Below are positions 11,110-23,200 of a DNA stretch of 64,000 bases, in pieces. The position numbers were made by a program, and so were the translations under genes. Each line of letters starts with the position of its first letter. Position 1 is the first letter of the stretch. Origin of the DNA: Azolla caroliniana (taxonomy: Eukaryota; Plantae; Polypodiophyta); assembly GCA_043228905.1 (NCBI GenBank), contig JBHGNT010000007.1:18848001-18912000 (forward strand). The letters run 5' to 3'. The notes under the pieces are model-generated. The model did no database searches and had not been told where the DNA came from. It was given only the letters and a program-made list of their open reading frames with translations.

Positions 11110-14100
11110 ATGGTGCCCTCTCGCACCACGAGGTCTCGGCCACCCGTTCGACGCCCTGAGCCAGTCGAAGGAACTTCCGACTCGGCGGTCACTCACCAAT
11201 CCTTTCCCGATCAATCAGGGGCTTGTCCAGTGCAATCTTCGCCACCGGACACTCGATCGCGAGTGGATTCACCACCAGAACCCCCGTCGAGCCCTCTGGA
11301 GGTCAATCACCCGGAACTAAACCCTTTTCCGGTGCTACCAAAAGAACCATAGTACGACATCATGCCGTACCCATACCCACGATATGCCGACGGACCTGAT
11401 GTGGAGTCACACGTCCATGCCTTCATATCCACGTGGCAGGCTAACCACTCCACGCACCGCCTCACACCGGATGAAATCGATGCCTCGAAGATTGCCGAGT
11501 TCACACTCTCCCTCGATGGACCGGCCGCACGATGGTACTCTCGCCTCGAAATAGGAGAGGCCACCACTTTCCAAATCGTGCGCACAAAGTTCCTTGAACT
11601 TTTTCATCGCGAGGTGCCTAAACGGGAACTGCTCCGGCAATTCTTCTCTATATGCCAGGAAGCGCACGAAACGGTCGCGCAGTTCACGATCCGGTTCCAG
11701 GATCTCTACAGACAAGTGGCCGATGATGTCTCGGCACAACATATACCGAACACTTTCCTATCCAGTTTAAGAGAGCCTCTACGAACGACTCTCGCACTTA
11801 CAAATTTCGCCAACCATACTATCGAACAAGTCATAACGCGCGTTCTCGCCCTTGATCGGAACCAGCACGACACGGCCTTCTCGATGACATCCTTGCAAAA
11901 CGCTCTTCCCCAAGAGGACAATTGCTTTCGCCAAGCCCTCCAATGCACTGCGTGTTCAGGATCAGGGCACCTGGCCCTCGAATGTCCCCACCGACCACAA
12001 TGTCTGATCTGTCAGTCTCGAGCTCACACGGTCGAGCAGTGCGAATATAATATGCTGAATCACACAACAACGGCACTGGTCCGCCAGATCGAGCCACGAA
12101 ATACATACTCTCGGCAGGACGAGCGATATATCTACCGCGACCAGGATAACGACCAACCGCGATCCCTGGATCGATGGCGCCGAAACGACGACTACCAACG
12201 TGATCATCGCCGTGATTATTATTGCGATGACCGGCACGACGATTATGCTCGATACGATGACGATCGCTAGGATCGGTATGACCGAAGGAACTCACGCATG
12301 GATCGGCGAAACGGCAATCGCAACACACGCAACAACAGAAGACCTAATCACAACCGCCGACGGGACGCTCCTCAACATGACCAGCGCAACTCCAACGCAC
12401 CTCGGAACAACCCACCACCAAACGAGACCGAGGATCAACAACAACAGCTTCCACACGCAGACCGAGCGGACACCAGCAGCTCAGCCAACGTGACATGTTT
12501 TAAATGTAACCAACCAGGCCACTACGTCACGCAATGTCTGACAACCAACCGTGGCAAGGCACCCACGATAAACAGTATCATGGCCGATGTTCAAACGGTC
12601 ACTACCCGGAGTAAAGCACAGACTACTCAGTGGCAAATCCAGGATGAAGTACGACAGGCAGCAAAAGAATGGGTCGACACGGCCAATAAAAATAATGCCG
12701 CACGCATGCAAACTGACATGAGGGACGGGCCCAGTGAAGTATCACAAACCCCGACACCATCCACGTCGTCGGAGGATGACCAGTTATGGGATGTTCTTAC
12801 CAATTCCCGCATCTCGCTGCCCCTACATAAATTGCTACCGCTCATGCCGAGGTTTCGGGACACCCTGGCGGCACTACAGGCCAATACTAAGACCGTGACA
12901 CCACCGGTACACCTCACCAAAGCAGGAACCGGTCCACCATTAATGGATTCTCAGAACCCAGCCGTGCGAATCATCATTAAGGGACAAGACTTGCACGGAT
13001 GCATCATCGACGGCGGATCCGGCGTAAACGTTATTAGCGAGTCAACGTGTCTCAACCTCGGCCTGAATCAATGGGAACCATGCCCCTTTTGGCTTCGGAT
13101 GGCCGACACCCGCTCTGTTCGCCCCATTGGGTTAATCCGCCATCTCGACTTCACACTCGGAGGCCACATGTTCACGATCTCGGCCGTCGTGCTACGACTG
13201 GAGACACAAGGCGCCTACCCAATGTTACTAGGTCGACCGTGGTTGCGTATAACGAATATCAAGAAACATTGGCAACGCAACATGATCTCGTTCCGAAGAG
13301 GGAAGACAAAAGTCCGAATCATCACTGAAGAACAAGTCCCCGTCGCCCTCAACACTTCGTCGTTATACGCGGAAGGGGTCCATATGCTCGACGGATTGGC
13401 CGATGAGGAGGTCGATGACTTCCTAGATGATCATCCCACGATCATTCCTCTCTTCGAAATCAATGCCTTACCAACCATCGAGTCATCTAAAGACGAGGAA
13501 ATCACGGAGGAGTCACCACCCCAGGATGAACCGACGATCATTCCTCTCTTCGAAATCAATGCCTTACCAACCATCGAGTCATCTAAAGATGAGGAAATCA
13601 CGGAGGAGTCACCACCCCAGGATGAACCCGATGCAACCACAATTGCTGAGCTACGTCATGCTCGGGAGGCTTTCGAACGCGAACTCGCCATTTCACAACG
13701 AGTGAAAGCATCAACCCTGGAAACAATCAACCTCGGTTTGGACGAGAATCCCTGTACGGTACAAATTGCCAATAATCTACCAACCGGCGAACGGGCATGC
13801 CTCGTAAAATTACTCACCGACTACCAGGATGTTTTCGCTTGGTCTTACACCGATATGAAGGGGTTGGATCCTCAATACTACCAACATCAAATTCACATCT
13901 TACCCGACACTCGGCCGGTTCAGCAGAGGCGCTACAGGATGAACCCCAACTACGCCGCTAAAGTCAAAGAGGAAATTGACAAGTTACTCCGAGTGGGCTT
14001 CATTCGCCCTGTTAAACAGGCTACATGGTTGAACCCGATCGTAGTGGTCCCAAAGAAGAACGGAGAAATCCGCGTCTGCGTCGACTATCGGAAGCTTAAC

Positions 14101-16596
14101 GCGGCAACAGTCACCGATGGTTTCCCTCTCCCATTCACGGATAGCGTCCTCGACACGGTAGCCGGCCACGAATGCTACAGTTTCCTCGACGGGTTCAGCG
14201 GCTATAACCAGATAAGAATGCACCCGGAGGATTAGGAGAAAACCGCTTTCGTCACGGAATGGGGTGTTTTTGTAGCAGAAGTTATGATGTTCGGTCTAAA
14301 AACGGCGTCGGCTACGTTCCAGCGCATCATCATTGAAATCTTTCATGACTACATCCCGGCGTTCATGCAAGTTTTTCTCAACGATTTCGCCGTGTATGGC
14401 CATCGACAGGAACACATGACCCAGTTACGACTCTGCCTGGACCGATGTCGCCAAGCTCGATTGAGTTTAAACCCGGCGAAATGCGCGTTCTTAGTCACCA
14501 GTGGCAACCTTCTCAGCCACATTGTTAGTCAAGAAGGCATCGCTATGGACTCAGATAAAGTAAAGGCAATCCTGGATGCCACCGCACCCTCGAACGCTAA
14601 GGCACTAAGCCGTTTTTTGGGACAGATCCGGTGGCACAGCCGAATGATACGACACCTGGCCGATTTCGCGACACCCTTACACGCGGCAGTCCATCGCCTT
14701 CCTTTCCAATGGACGTCAGTCGAGGACACGGCCTATCAGACCCTGAAACGAATGTTGTCACATGCCCCGGTGGTCCAGTCTCTGGTTTGGTCCGAACCGT
14801 TTCATGTCTTCGTAGATGCTTCGGACATCGCCATCGGAAGTGCTCTGATGCAATGCACACCCCCGAATTGGTATAGGCCCGTGTACTACGCCAGCCGAAG
14901 GCTCTCGACCGCGGAAAAGAATTACTCCACCACCGAGCGGTAGGCTCTCGGTATGATTTATAGCATCAATAAATTTCGGCATTACCTCTTGGGCCGAAAA
15001 TTTACCTTTCACGTGGATCACTCGGCCCTTCTTTACTTGGTCAATAAACAAGCCCTCACCGGACGGTTGGCTCGGTGGATGCTCCTACTACAAGAGTTTG
15101 ATTTTCAGATTCAGCATCGACCCGGGGTACAACATGCCATCGCCGACTACTTGAGCCGTCTTGAGTCAGGAGAACCGGCGAAAACAACGTATGACGAGCT
15201 ACCGGACGCCAGCCTATTTAACCTGACCATGGTACCAGACGATAACGGAGATGAATGGATCATAGAGATGACCCGTTTTCTCACTACCGGTGTACCTCCC
15301 GAGCACATGACCCCGGACATGAGAAAACGCCTAGCAGTGCGTAGCCGAAATTTTTGCCTCGTCTCGGACATTCTCTATCACAAAGGCTCGAACGGCATAT
15401 GGCGCCGAGCGATTCGGCAATTCGAGAAGAACGCCGTTCTTCAGGAAGCTCACCAGGGAGCAGCTGGGGAACACTATGCTGGGGATTCCACGACAAGGAA
15501 AGTTTGGCAAAGTGGATTATGGTGGCCGACAACAAAGAAAGACGCTCACGAGTTTTGCCGGCAGTGCGATTTGTGCCAACGTCTGGGGCAACCAATGGAA
15601 CAGTCACGGATGCCACACCAGCCGATTCTTCTGTTGGACCCATTTCAAAAATGGGGTTTGGATTTTGTAGGTCCTTTCAAACCACCCGTAGCCCGAACAG
15701 GGAATAGATATATTATCGTTGCCACGGATTACTGCACCAAATGGGTCGAGGCTAAGGCACTTCGAGATAACACGGCGGCATCCACGGCTAAATTTGTGTA
15801 CGAGCACCTTTGGTGCCGTTACGGATGTCCAATCGAGCTCGTTAGTGACCAAGGTGGGCACTTCATCAATCATATAATACGTGAGCTTACACACCACTAC
15901 GTGGTGGTGCACAAGAAATGCACACCATACTACCCGCAGGCGAATGGCTTGGCAGAATCAACCAATAAAATCCTCCAAACCATACTGAAGAAGATCGTCA
16001 ATGAAAACAAGACCGATTGGGATGACAAACTCCAGAGCGTGCTGTGGGCGTATCGTACGACTTTCAAAACAAGCATCCAATCGACCCCCTTTCAAATGGC
16101 GTTCGGGTTAGAAGCCGTAATGCCCGTCGAGTTCCAAGTCCCGAGCCTCCGAGTTCAAGTCAAAGCACGGCTCCCCGAGGCCGAATCCGAGCAATACCGG
16201 CTGGAACAACTCCTCGAACTCGGGGAAGATAGGATAGAGAGTATGGCCCAGCTCGAACAACGCCAACGACAACGCAAGGCTTTCGTGGATCGACATCGAC
16301 ATGGGCTGGAGAAGGAGCTCACCATCGGCAAACCAGTTCTTCTTTTCCAAACACGACTCGGGTCAATGCCGGGAAAATTAAGATTTCGGTGGACCGGTCC
16401 ATTCTGGATTATCGACGAGTTCAACGGGACGTTCCAGCTCGGCACACTCGCCGACGACACGGTCCAAAGCTGGGCCAATGGTTTTCGGCTTAGACCATAT
16501 CGAGGGACTACACCACCCAACCCGTTTACTGAGCCACACGGCACCAACGAGACTCGGGAGATCACCACGGAGGACGCCACGTGTCCCCCTGAATAA
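11110..16596 (+). pseudogene. Gag-Pol polyprotein (single frame, four in-frame TAG stops)
   Basis: ORFs 11110, 11362, 12298, 14284 and 14953 share one frame. Motifs: retrotrans_gag, CCHC knuckles (CTACSGSGHLALEC, CFKCNQPGHYVTQC), protease IIDGGSG, RT (VCVDYRKLN, FLDGFSGYNQI, FLND for FLDD), RNase H (VDAS), and integrase (H..H..CDLC, GLDFVG, SDQG, NGLAE, GPF). Confidence 0.95.
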
Positions 16597-17126
16597 GGAC
16601 TCACCCACCTTCTTGAAATTAATAAAAGTAGTAGTAGGTAGGATTAACCATAGTTAGCCACTGATTAGCTACACCTACACCACCCACCTAGGCACCCACA
16701 AGTTTAGGAGCACCCCTCGCCACCACTCAGTTAGTATCTATTTAAGCTGTTCACACATGCAAACCACATGCAAACCACTAGAAGCACCCCACTCACCTTC
16801 AGGACACGTGGTGCTAGTCACTTATTATGGCACCCACGACTCAGAATCTTCAGGATTCGTTGCAGGCACAAAACCCTAGGAATAAGTTACTAAAACCGTT
16901 TCCAAAACGCAGCACAGACCATTATCGCTCCCCATCTCCATTGCTCTCAAGATCAGAAACCCCATCTTGCCCTCATCACGCGAAGCGCTCTTGCTCTCAA
17001 GCCCTCTTCCGCTCTCATAACCTCTCTGCTGGACTTCCCCTTCCTGCTGTTCCTCCTGTGGCTCGCCCTCGCCTCATCACTTTGCTTCACGCTTCCACAC
17101 AGTCGAACCCCGTCTCCATCTCCACC

Positions 17127-20100
17127 ATGCCTCTTACCGCCTCAACAGAAACCCGCGCCCGGCTCCAGGAACGAGGAATGGGCGGTTACTTGAAGATCAT
17201 CGATGCCCCCGCGCACCCAGATGCCCAAACTGTGGCTAAACGTATAAGTCCCGAAGCCATCACCAACAATGTTCTTCGGGCTGTTTTGGACTTGCAACGG
17301 GGAGGGGACCATGAGGTCGACATACCCCCGACATCAAAGATGAAGGCGTACTTCGGTGAGTACTCAGCCACAGGGAAGGCATATCGCACGTATGGCGGGC
17401 CCAACAAAGCTTTCGGGGAGATTGCTCGTATATTGATGGACTATGCGTTCGTGCATACGAACCCAACGAGCATGCCGCAGAACAAGGCAGCCATCATCAT
17501 CAGCGCTTATGAAGGAAACAGAATCGATTGGGGAATCATCACAGGCGAGGGACTCCGCGCCGCCTTAGCTTCATTTTAGTCCGGTAAGAAGATGTTGTCT
17601 GTTCTTACCCACTTTTTGATGGTTCTATACCCACCCTCTTTGCTTCCTTCCCCTCGCACACTCACGTCCCCACCACCACCACGAAGGCAGAGAGAGAAAT
17701 TCGTGGCCATCAGCCACGAAGCATGGGAGGAGCCCAGATCGCCTTCACCCCTTGCCGCCGACCAAAACACCGCATCTGCACCACCACCCGCCCAACCCCA
17801 ACGAAAAAGGGTAGTTTCCGAGACCTGCCAAGAATGGGAGGAGGAGGTAGCCACGGAAGACAACACGGCCGATAACGTCACCATTCGACAGCCAACGTCG
17901 CGCCCCTCGGTAACATCCCCAGGACCTAGCCCACGCTCCAACACACAACAGGCTGCACCACCACGACCCCAGAAAAGGAAGCAGGCGGAGGAAACGACAC
18001 TACCGGCCCTGGAACCCCAAACACAGCCAAGCAAAAGAAGACGACTCAACCGCGAGTCCTCGGAAGAACAGAAGGAGCCACATCAGTGTTGGGAGACAGG
18101 TCCCTCTGGATGGGAAGGGAGAAGAACAGTGCTGATATCGGCCGAGGCCGAAACCGTACGAGGAGTACCCGGCTACGGAGAGCCGGATGGTACAGACCCG
18201 GTGAAGACCCGATGAGGAGTACTCGGCTACGGAGAGCCGGATGGTACAGATCCGGTGAAGACCGGATGAGGAGTACCCGGCTACGGAGAGACGGATGATG
18301 CAGACCCGGTGAAGATCGGATGAGGAGTACCCGGCTCCGGAGGGCCGGATGGTGCAGACCCGGTATGAACTGGATGAGGAGTACCCGACTATGGAGAGCC
18401 GGATGATGCAGACCCGGTGAAGACCGGATGAGGAGTACCCAGCTACGGAGAACCGGATGAAGAGACATATTCGTAAATATGTTTTTGATAGTCCATCGAG
18501 GCTATATTTGTAAATAGCCGAAAAATCATATTAGTATAAATATGACTTAGGGCAAAAATAGTTGTTGTTGTCAATTTTTTGTTGGTGCAAGAAGAAGAGA
18601 GAGCACGTAACAGTGTACAGAGAGAGAGAGTGAGGAAGAGGTCGCTGCCTCTGTTGTAACCGCCGCCTGTGGCGAAGATCGTGAGCACGAGGTCGTTGCC
18701 TCCGTGATCTCACTATTTGTACATTCCAACGTAGTGATAGTTTGCAACCTGTGGGCTGCCGTGGTTTTTCCCTTAGTTTGGGTTTTCCACGTAAACCTCC
18801 CGTGTATTCTCTTCTTCTTTGTGTCGTGTTTTTATTTATTTCCCGTTTTCTGTGTATCATTCTAAGCTCGGTTGTGGCCGAGCGTTGCGCATAAGGAACG
18901 TTGAGTTCCCGTCAATCAGGAGCAAGCCTTAGTGGTCAGACATAACAACCTGGCCATCACCCCTGCGGAGGCATCGCTGAACCAGGGAACGATCGAGCAT
19001 GGGCAGACAACGCAGATCTCGGAGGATGAAGTACTCGGGTATAAGGACCTCCCCACGGAGGCTTACGAATTTAGTGCGCTCCTACGCCTCGGTATGGCAT
19101 TCGAGCTGGTCGACTTCCTCGCCAGAGCCCAAGTCGCGGCAGCCGCTCGAATGGCGGAAGAGCACGCCGAAACAAAAATGATTCAACGCGCGCTAATAGG
19201 TGAAATTGAGCCCAAGGAGGACATGGATTTACAAAAAATCGGGAGGAAGAAGCAGGCAAAACAAGCCGCTCTCCTCATGGAGGTCCCCGAGTTGAACACG
19301 GCCCTTATCGAGGCATATCGGGACCTGGATCGCACTACGCGGGCAGCCAAAGACATGGCCCGAAAGATAAAAATAGCCCAAAAACAGGCGAAGATGGCTA
19401 CAGAACTATGGCACGCTGTGAACCAGAAGCTGGCAGCCTGGGAGTAGAACCGGCCGGAACAACAATTCCCGAGCCTTCCGGTAACGACCATCGAGGCCCT
19501 CCCAGCGCCTCCACGCATAACAATGATGGATGAAAGCACCATCACCGACTCAATCCTGAAGGTGCAGGCCAGTACACAAACAGACTCGTTACAAATGGTC
19601 GATGCCTGCACAACAACCGAGGCGGCCACGCCCATGGAGCAGACCGAACTACCCCCACCCCGTGCACCCAAGGAGGTGGCAACCTAGACAGAACCCCCGC
19701 TCCGAGATTACCGTGCAGAGCTTAAAGAAGAACAACGGTGAACCGAGAGACACGAACAACGACATCAAGAGACGATGGCTCGCCTAAAAGAAGAAGCTTC
19801 CAAGCAGATGGCCGAGATAAGAGCCCAGGCCGACCAAAGGATACACGAGCAGAACGAAGCACTGGGCCGGGTACAAGCGCAAGCCGCGGCCAAGGAAGCT
19901 GAACTCAAAAGCAAGCTGGAGGAATATGCAGCCACAGTGGTAAAGAAAGAGAAGGAGGTTCAAGACCTACAGGCCGCGCTCGATAATGCAAAAGACTGGA
20001 ACCAGCGGCAGGAGGAAAGAAATCGCGAACGGGAGGAGAGGATGAATGCAGAGAATGCCGAGCTGCAGAGTCAGCGTACAACCCTTAAAGAGATGGCTGA

Positions 20101-21097
20101 CGAGTTTTTCATCAAATGCAAGCTACTTTCAGAGCAAAAAGACGCCTTATCGGATTCCTACTTCGCCCTTCAAGAAGAGAGAATCGTCGAACGGGAACAA
20201 ATCCGGGCCACGTGTCAGAAAGAACGGGAGCAGGCCACCGAAGAACTCACCACATGTTACGAGCAGGCTCTCCAGCTCGTAACCGCGGATGCAAAGAACA
20301 GTCAGGCCATCTATGAGCTAAGGACACAGAAGATTCAGGCCGAGGTCGACGACTTAAAACAGGAATTAGCAGCCATCCGAGCACAGCCCGGCATGGATGA
20401 GACACGCATCCGAATACTGATCGAGAAACAACGCCAGCACCTTACCAAAAAGGTCAAGGAAACGTTAAGTCGTGGAGGAGACGAATGGGCAGCCCAAGTT
20501 GCCGAATTGCATATTTTACGCGCCGACGCCGAGAACCGACGGAAGGAGGGCCGCGGCTTCTACAAAATGGACGAAGCCAGCATTCAAAACTTGCATGCAG
20601 ATTTAACCGAGGATTACCAGTCCTTGGCAAAATCTCACACCGCGGCAATCGAGCAAATAATGGAGGATTTCAATGACGGTCAGATGCTGTTTCGCGTGGA
20701 AGCAGAAACCTTCGAACAAGAACGACTCGCAGCCATCCCCACCAGCCCTCCAACGGCCACAGAGCAGAAAGAAGAACCTCCCAGCAAGGAGATCACGGAC
20801 ACGACACAGGAGGAACTTGCCCCGGTCAACAGACATTCCATGGACGCCCACACGGTACCAGAGCCTGTCGAAGGAGAGGTCAGCGCACACGAACCCACAC
20901 CCCCACTAGAAGTATCGGCCGCACCTGAGGCGGACGCCCGAGAAGATATGCCACCCTCGGACCAAACTCAACCCCCCGCACCGACAGTCCAACCAGACCA
21001 CCCTGGACCCCGAAAGCATCCTCGACATCTTAAAGGAGGAATGAAACGAGGATCACGCCTAAAAGGCAATTTTTGTAATATTGTTAGTATTTTGTAA
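17127..21097 (+). pseudogene. Extra ORF in env-like position (~1045 aa once the nested solo LTR is removed), coiled-coil rich
   Basis: ORFs 16827/17127, 17592, 18932 and 19775 join in one frame after excising 833 nt (solo LTR plus one TSD copy). Four internal stops at 17577, 19445, 19685 and 19739. Confidence 0.8.
18087..18914 (+). mobile_element. Solo LTR (828 bp) nested in the extra ORF, with ~5.6 copies of a 54-bp repeat
   Basis: Ends TGTTGGG...CCCGTCA with perfect TSD ATCAG. Repeat units at 18160, 18214, 18268, 18322, 18376 and 18430. Carries the GGGTTTTCCACGTAAA motif common in copia LTRs. Confidence 0.9.
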
Positions 21098-21142
21098 GTC
21101 GTGGGTCTGACGGACAAGGTCCTGTCCCACGGGCGTGCCAGG

Positions 21143-21599
21143 TGTTGTCCAGAGGACAGAAATGTAAAATTAGGAAATTAGCAAACGCCGAGTCCGAGTA
21201 TCACGGGCCACCGATGGCTCGGCTGTGTGTTAGGGGAAAAGTTATTTAAACGAGGAGCAGTACCTCAGAGGGGAGGAAAAGAAAATTATAGGCGGAAGCA
21301 CTAGCTTAGTCATTCGTAATTAGATAAACTCGTAAGGTCACCGGCCATAGGCCCTGTTCTGTAATCCTTTTTCTGCCATAGTAATATATCTTAATTGTGC
21401 CTATTGTGCTGCATGAGTCTGTGCTTTGATCCATACCTATGAGTTTCACGCTGCCACGTCTATCAAAACCTCGCTAGTGTTTTCTCTTTGAGCCCTGTAT
21501 CTCTCTCTATGCCTCTGTTACGAGCCTTCACGTACCACGCCCTTGAAGACCGATAGACGTAGATCTATCGAAGGTGTTCACCCAAAGGAACGGGTAACA
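21143..21599 (+). repeat. 3' LTR of the 11-kb gypsy
   Basis: Direct repeat of 10582-11038, followed by TSD TTAAT. Confidence 0.95.
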
Positions 21600-22576
21600 T
21601 TAATTACGTGTTATCTCGTGCATAATTCATTGTTTGGATAGCTACTACCTTCGACTCTAAGGAGCCTTTAAGTCTAAGGAGCCTTTGACTCTCAAGAATA
21701 TTTGAGTCTGGATTACATTTGACTCTACAAAGAATTCCACTTTGACATATCTTTGACTCTACAGAGTATTCCACTCTGACGAACCTTCGAGTCTAACGAC
21801 CATTCGACTCTTAGGAGCTTTCAACTTTGACGAGCCGTCGAGTCTTAATGGCCTTTTGATTCCTAGGAGCTTTTGACTCTGATTATCTTTTGACTCCCAC
21901 GAGCCTTCGAGTCACCCATCCTCTTGCTCGAGTAGCACATGTACATGTGTAACTTCGTTACATCTGAATAGCGTGGAATTGGTTAAACACTCTTGTGTTC
22001 ATCTTTCTTTAATATGATTGAAGAGATCTAATGTATTTTACCTCGGGATCCCAAACACGATTTATTGATTGTTACCTTTCGTAGTTGCTGAAGAATGATG
22101 GGCCACAGGTCTTTTCGGGAGTTGATTTCTCTTCTTCCTCTGTCTTAAACCCTCTTGGAAGCATTACTATATCTTAAACCCTCTTCCACAAATGACTCCA
22201 CTTCATATTTCTTCTAAAACCACCATTGGACTAGTTGGCATGACTCAAACATTATACATGTTGCAGATTTGATCCTCGCTGGATCTTGGCCATACATGAA
22301 GAGCAAGAGTGGGTCATGTAAATCTAGTGTGAATGTGCATTTAAATAAACCAATATACATAATTGTAGTTGGATTACAAGAATGTACATCAACTCATCTT
22401 TGGAGGACCATCCAAATCTAATGGGCCACAATTTGGTATGGGGTCTACAACCTCGCTAGTCTCTGGCTTTGCCACCTCTAAGCTGTTTATTTTATTTTAT
22501 TTTATTCCAACAATGGTTTATATTATGTTTAAAGCGATTTACATGAAATTTTAGCATAGATTTTTACCCTTTCAAC

Positions 22577-22861
22577 TGTCAGGAGCAATACTAAGATAGA
22601 GAAGTACTGAGAAAACGGATTGATATTCTTGAGCGCTAACAGTGGCCATAGTATGAGAGAAAAGAGGAATAAGAGATTAGTATGAAGGAAAGGAGAAGTA
22701 AGAAGATAAAGGAAGAGAAGGAAGGAGAGGGAAATCAGTTCAAACAGTCAGGAGTAGTACTAAGACAGAGAATTACTGTCAGGAATAGTACTAAAACAGA
22801 GAAGGAATTAGTACTAAAAGATGAGGATTAGTACTAAGGGAGGTGTAGAACTCTTGAGAGA

Positions 22862-22910
<49 letters not shown>

Positions 22911-23200
22911 GAAAACAAAAGATATATATTATGTTAAGGGAATATACAATAGTAGCTAGGAGGCTTAAGATTGGCGTTGAACTGATTTGGTTCGAAATAA
23001 TGCCTTGTGCCTCCTTTTATAGTGTTCTCAGGAGTACTCCTGAAGTTTCTAGAATGTTCCAGAGAAATCTGGAATATACATCAATTTTCTATAGTCTAAA
23101 TAAAAATAATATTTTTCATATTACAACATATAGTCTAATGGTCAAGAGCTCGACCCATGTAACATAAGGTCATGGGTTCGAGTCTTGCCATATCATGACA
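22577..23200 (-). mobile_element. Solo LTR (624 bp) with a (GA)n tract and a tRNA-like segment
   Basis: Ends TGTCAGGA...TCATGACA with perfect TSD TCAAC. Minus-strand CTATAAAAGGAG at ~23012-23022. Confidence 0.85.

Larger units (their letters stand above)
10582..21599 (+). mobile_element. Full-length Ty3/gypsy LTR retrotransposon, non-chromovirus (Athila/Tat-related), with an extra 3' ORF
   Basis: Two 457-bp LTRs (TGTTG...TAACA) with about 12 mismatches by eye. Perfect 5-bp TSD TTAAT. tRNA-Arg-type PBS. Domain order gag-PR-RT-RH-IN, with no chromodomain. Confidence 0.95.
9877..22190 (+). mobile_element. Solo LTR (~1.3 kb) split by the 11-kb gypsy insertion (parts 9877-10581 and 21605-22190)
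   Basis: Ends TGTGGGAA...TTCCACA with near-identical flanks CATGA/AATGA. TATAAAA at ~10112 and short GACTCT-based tandem repeats at 21650-21910. Confidence 0.55.

Noticed and set aside
12268-12270. Programmed gag/pol stop-codon readthrough
   Set aside because: Other TAGs interrupt conserved RT and RNase H motifs in the same frame, so mutation is the simpler explanation.
18160-18460. Regular 54-bp repeats resembling a CRISPR array
   Set aside because: Units are contiguous with no unique spacers, lie inside a TSD-bounded solo LTR, and the context is eukaryotic with no cas genes.
21031-21043. AAAGGAGGAA followed by TG as the PPT of the 11-kb gypsy
   Set aside because: It lies ~100 nt upstream of the LTR boundary defined by LTR-LTR identity and the TSD, and within the accessory ORF. 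Kept only as an alternative explanation for the top finding.
23125-23195. Functional tRNA gene
   Set aside because: No convincing acceptor or anticodon stems, and it is embedded in an LTR end. Reported only as tRNA-like.
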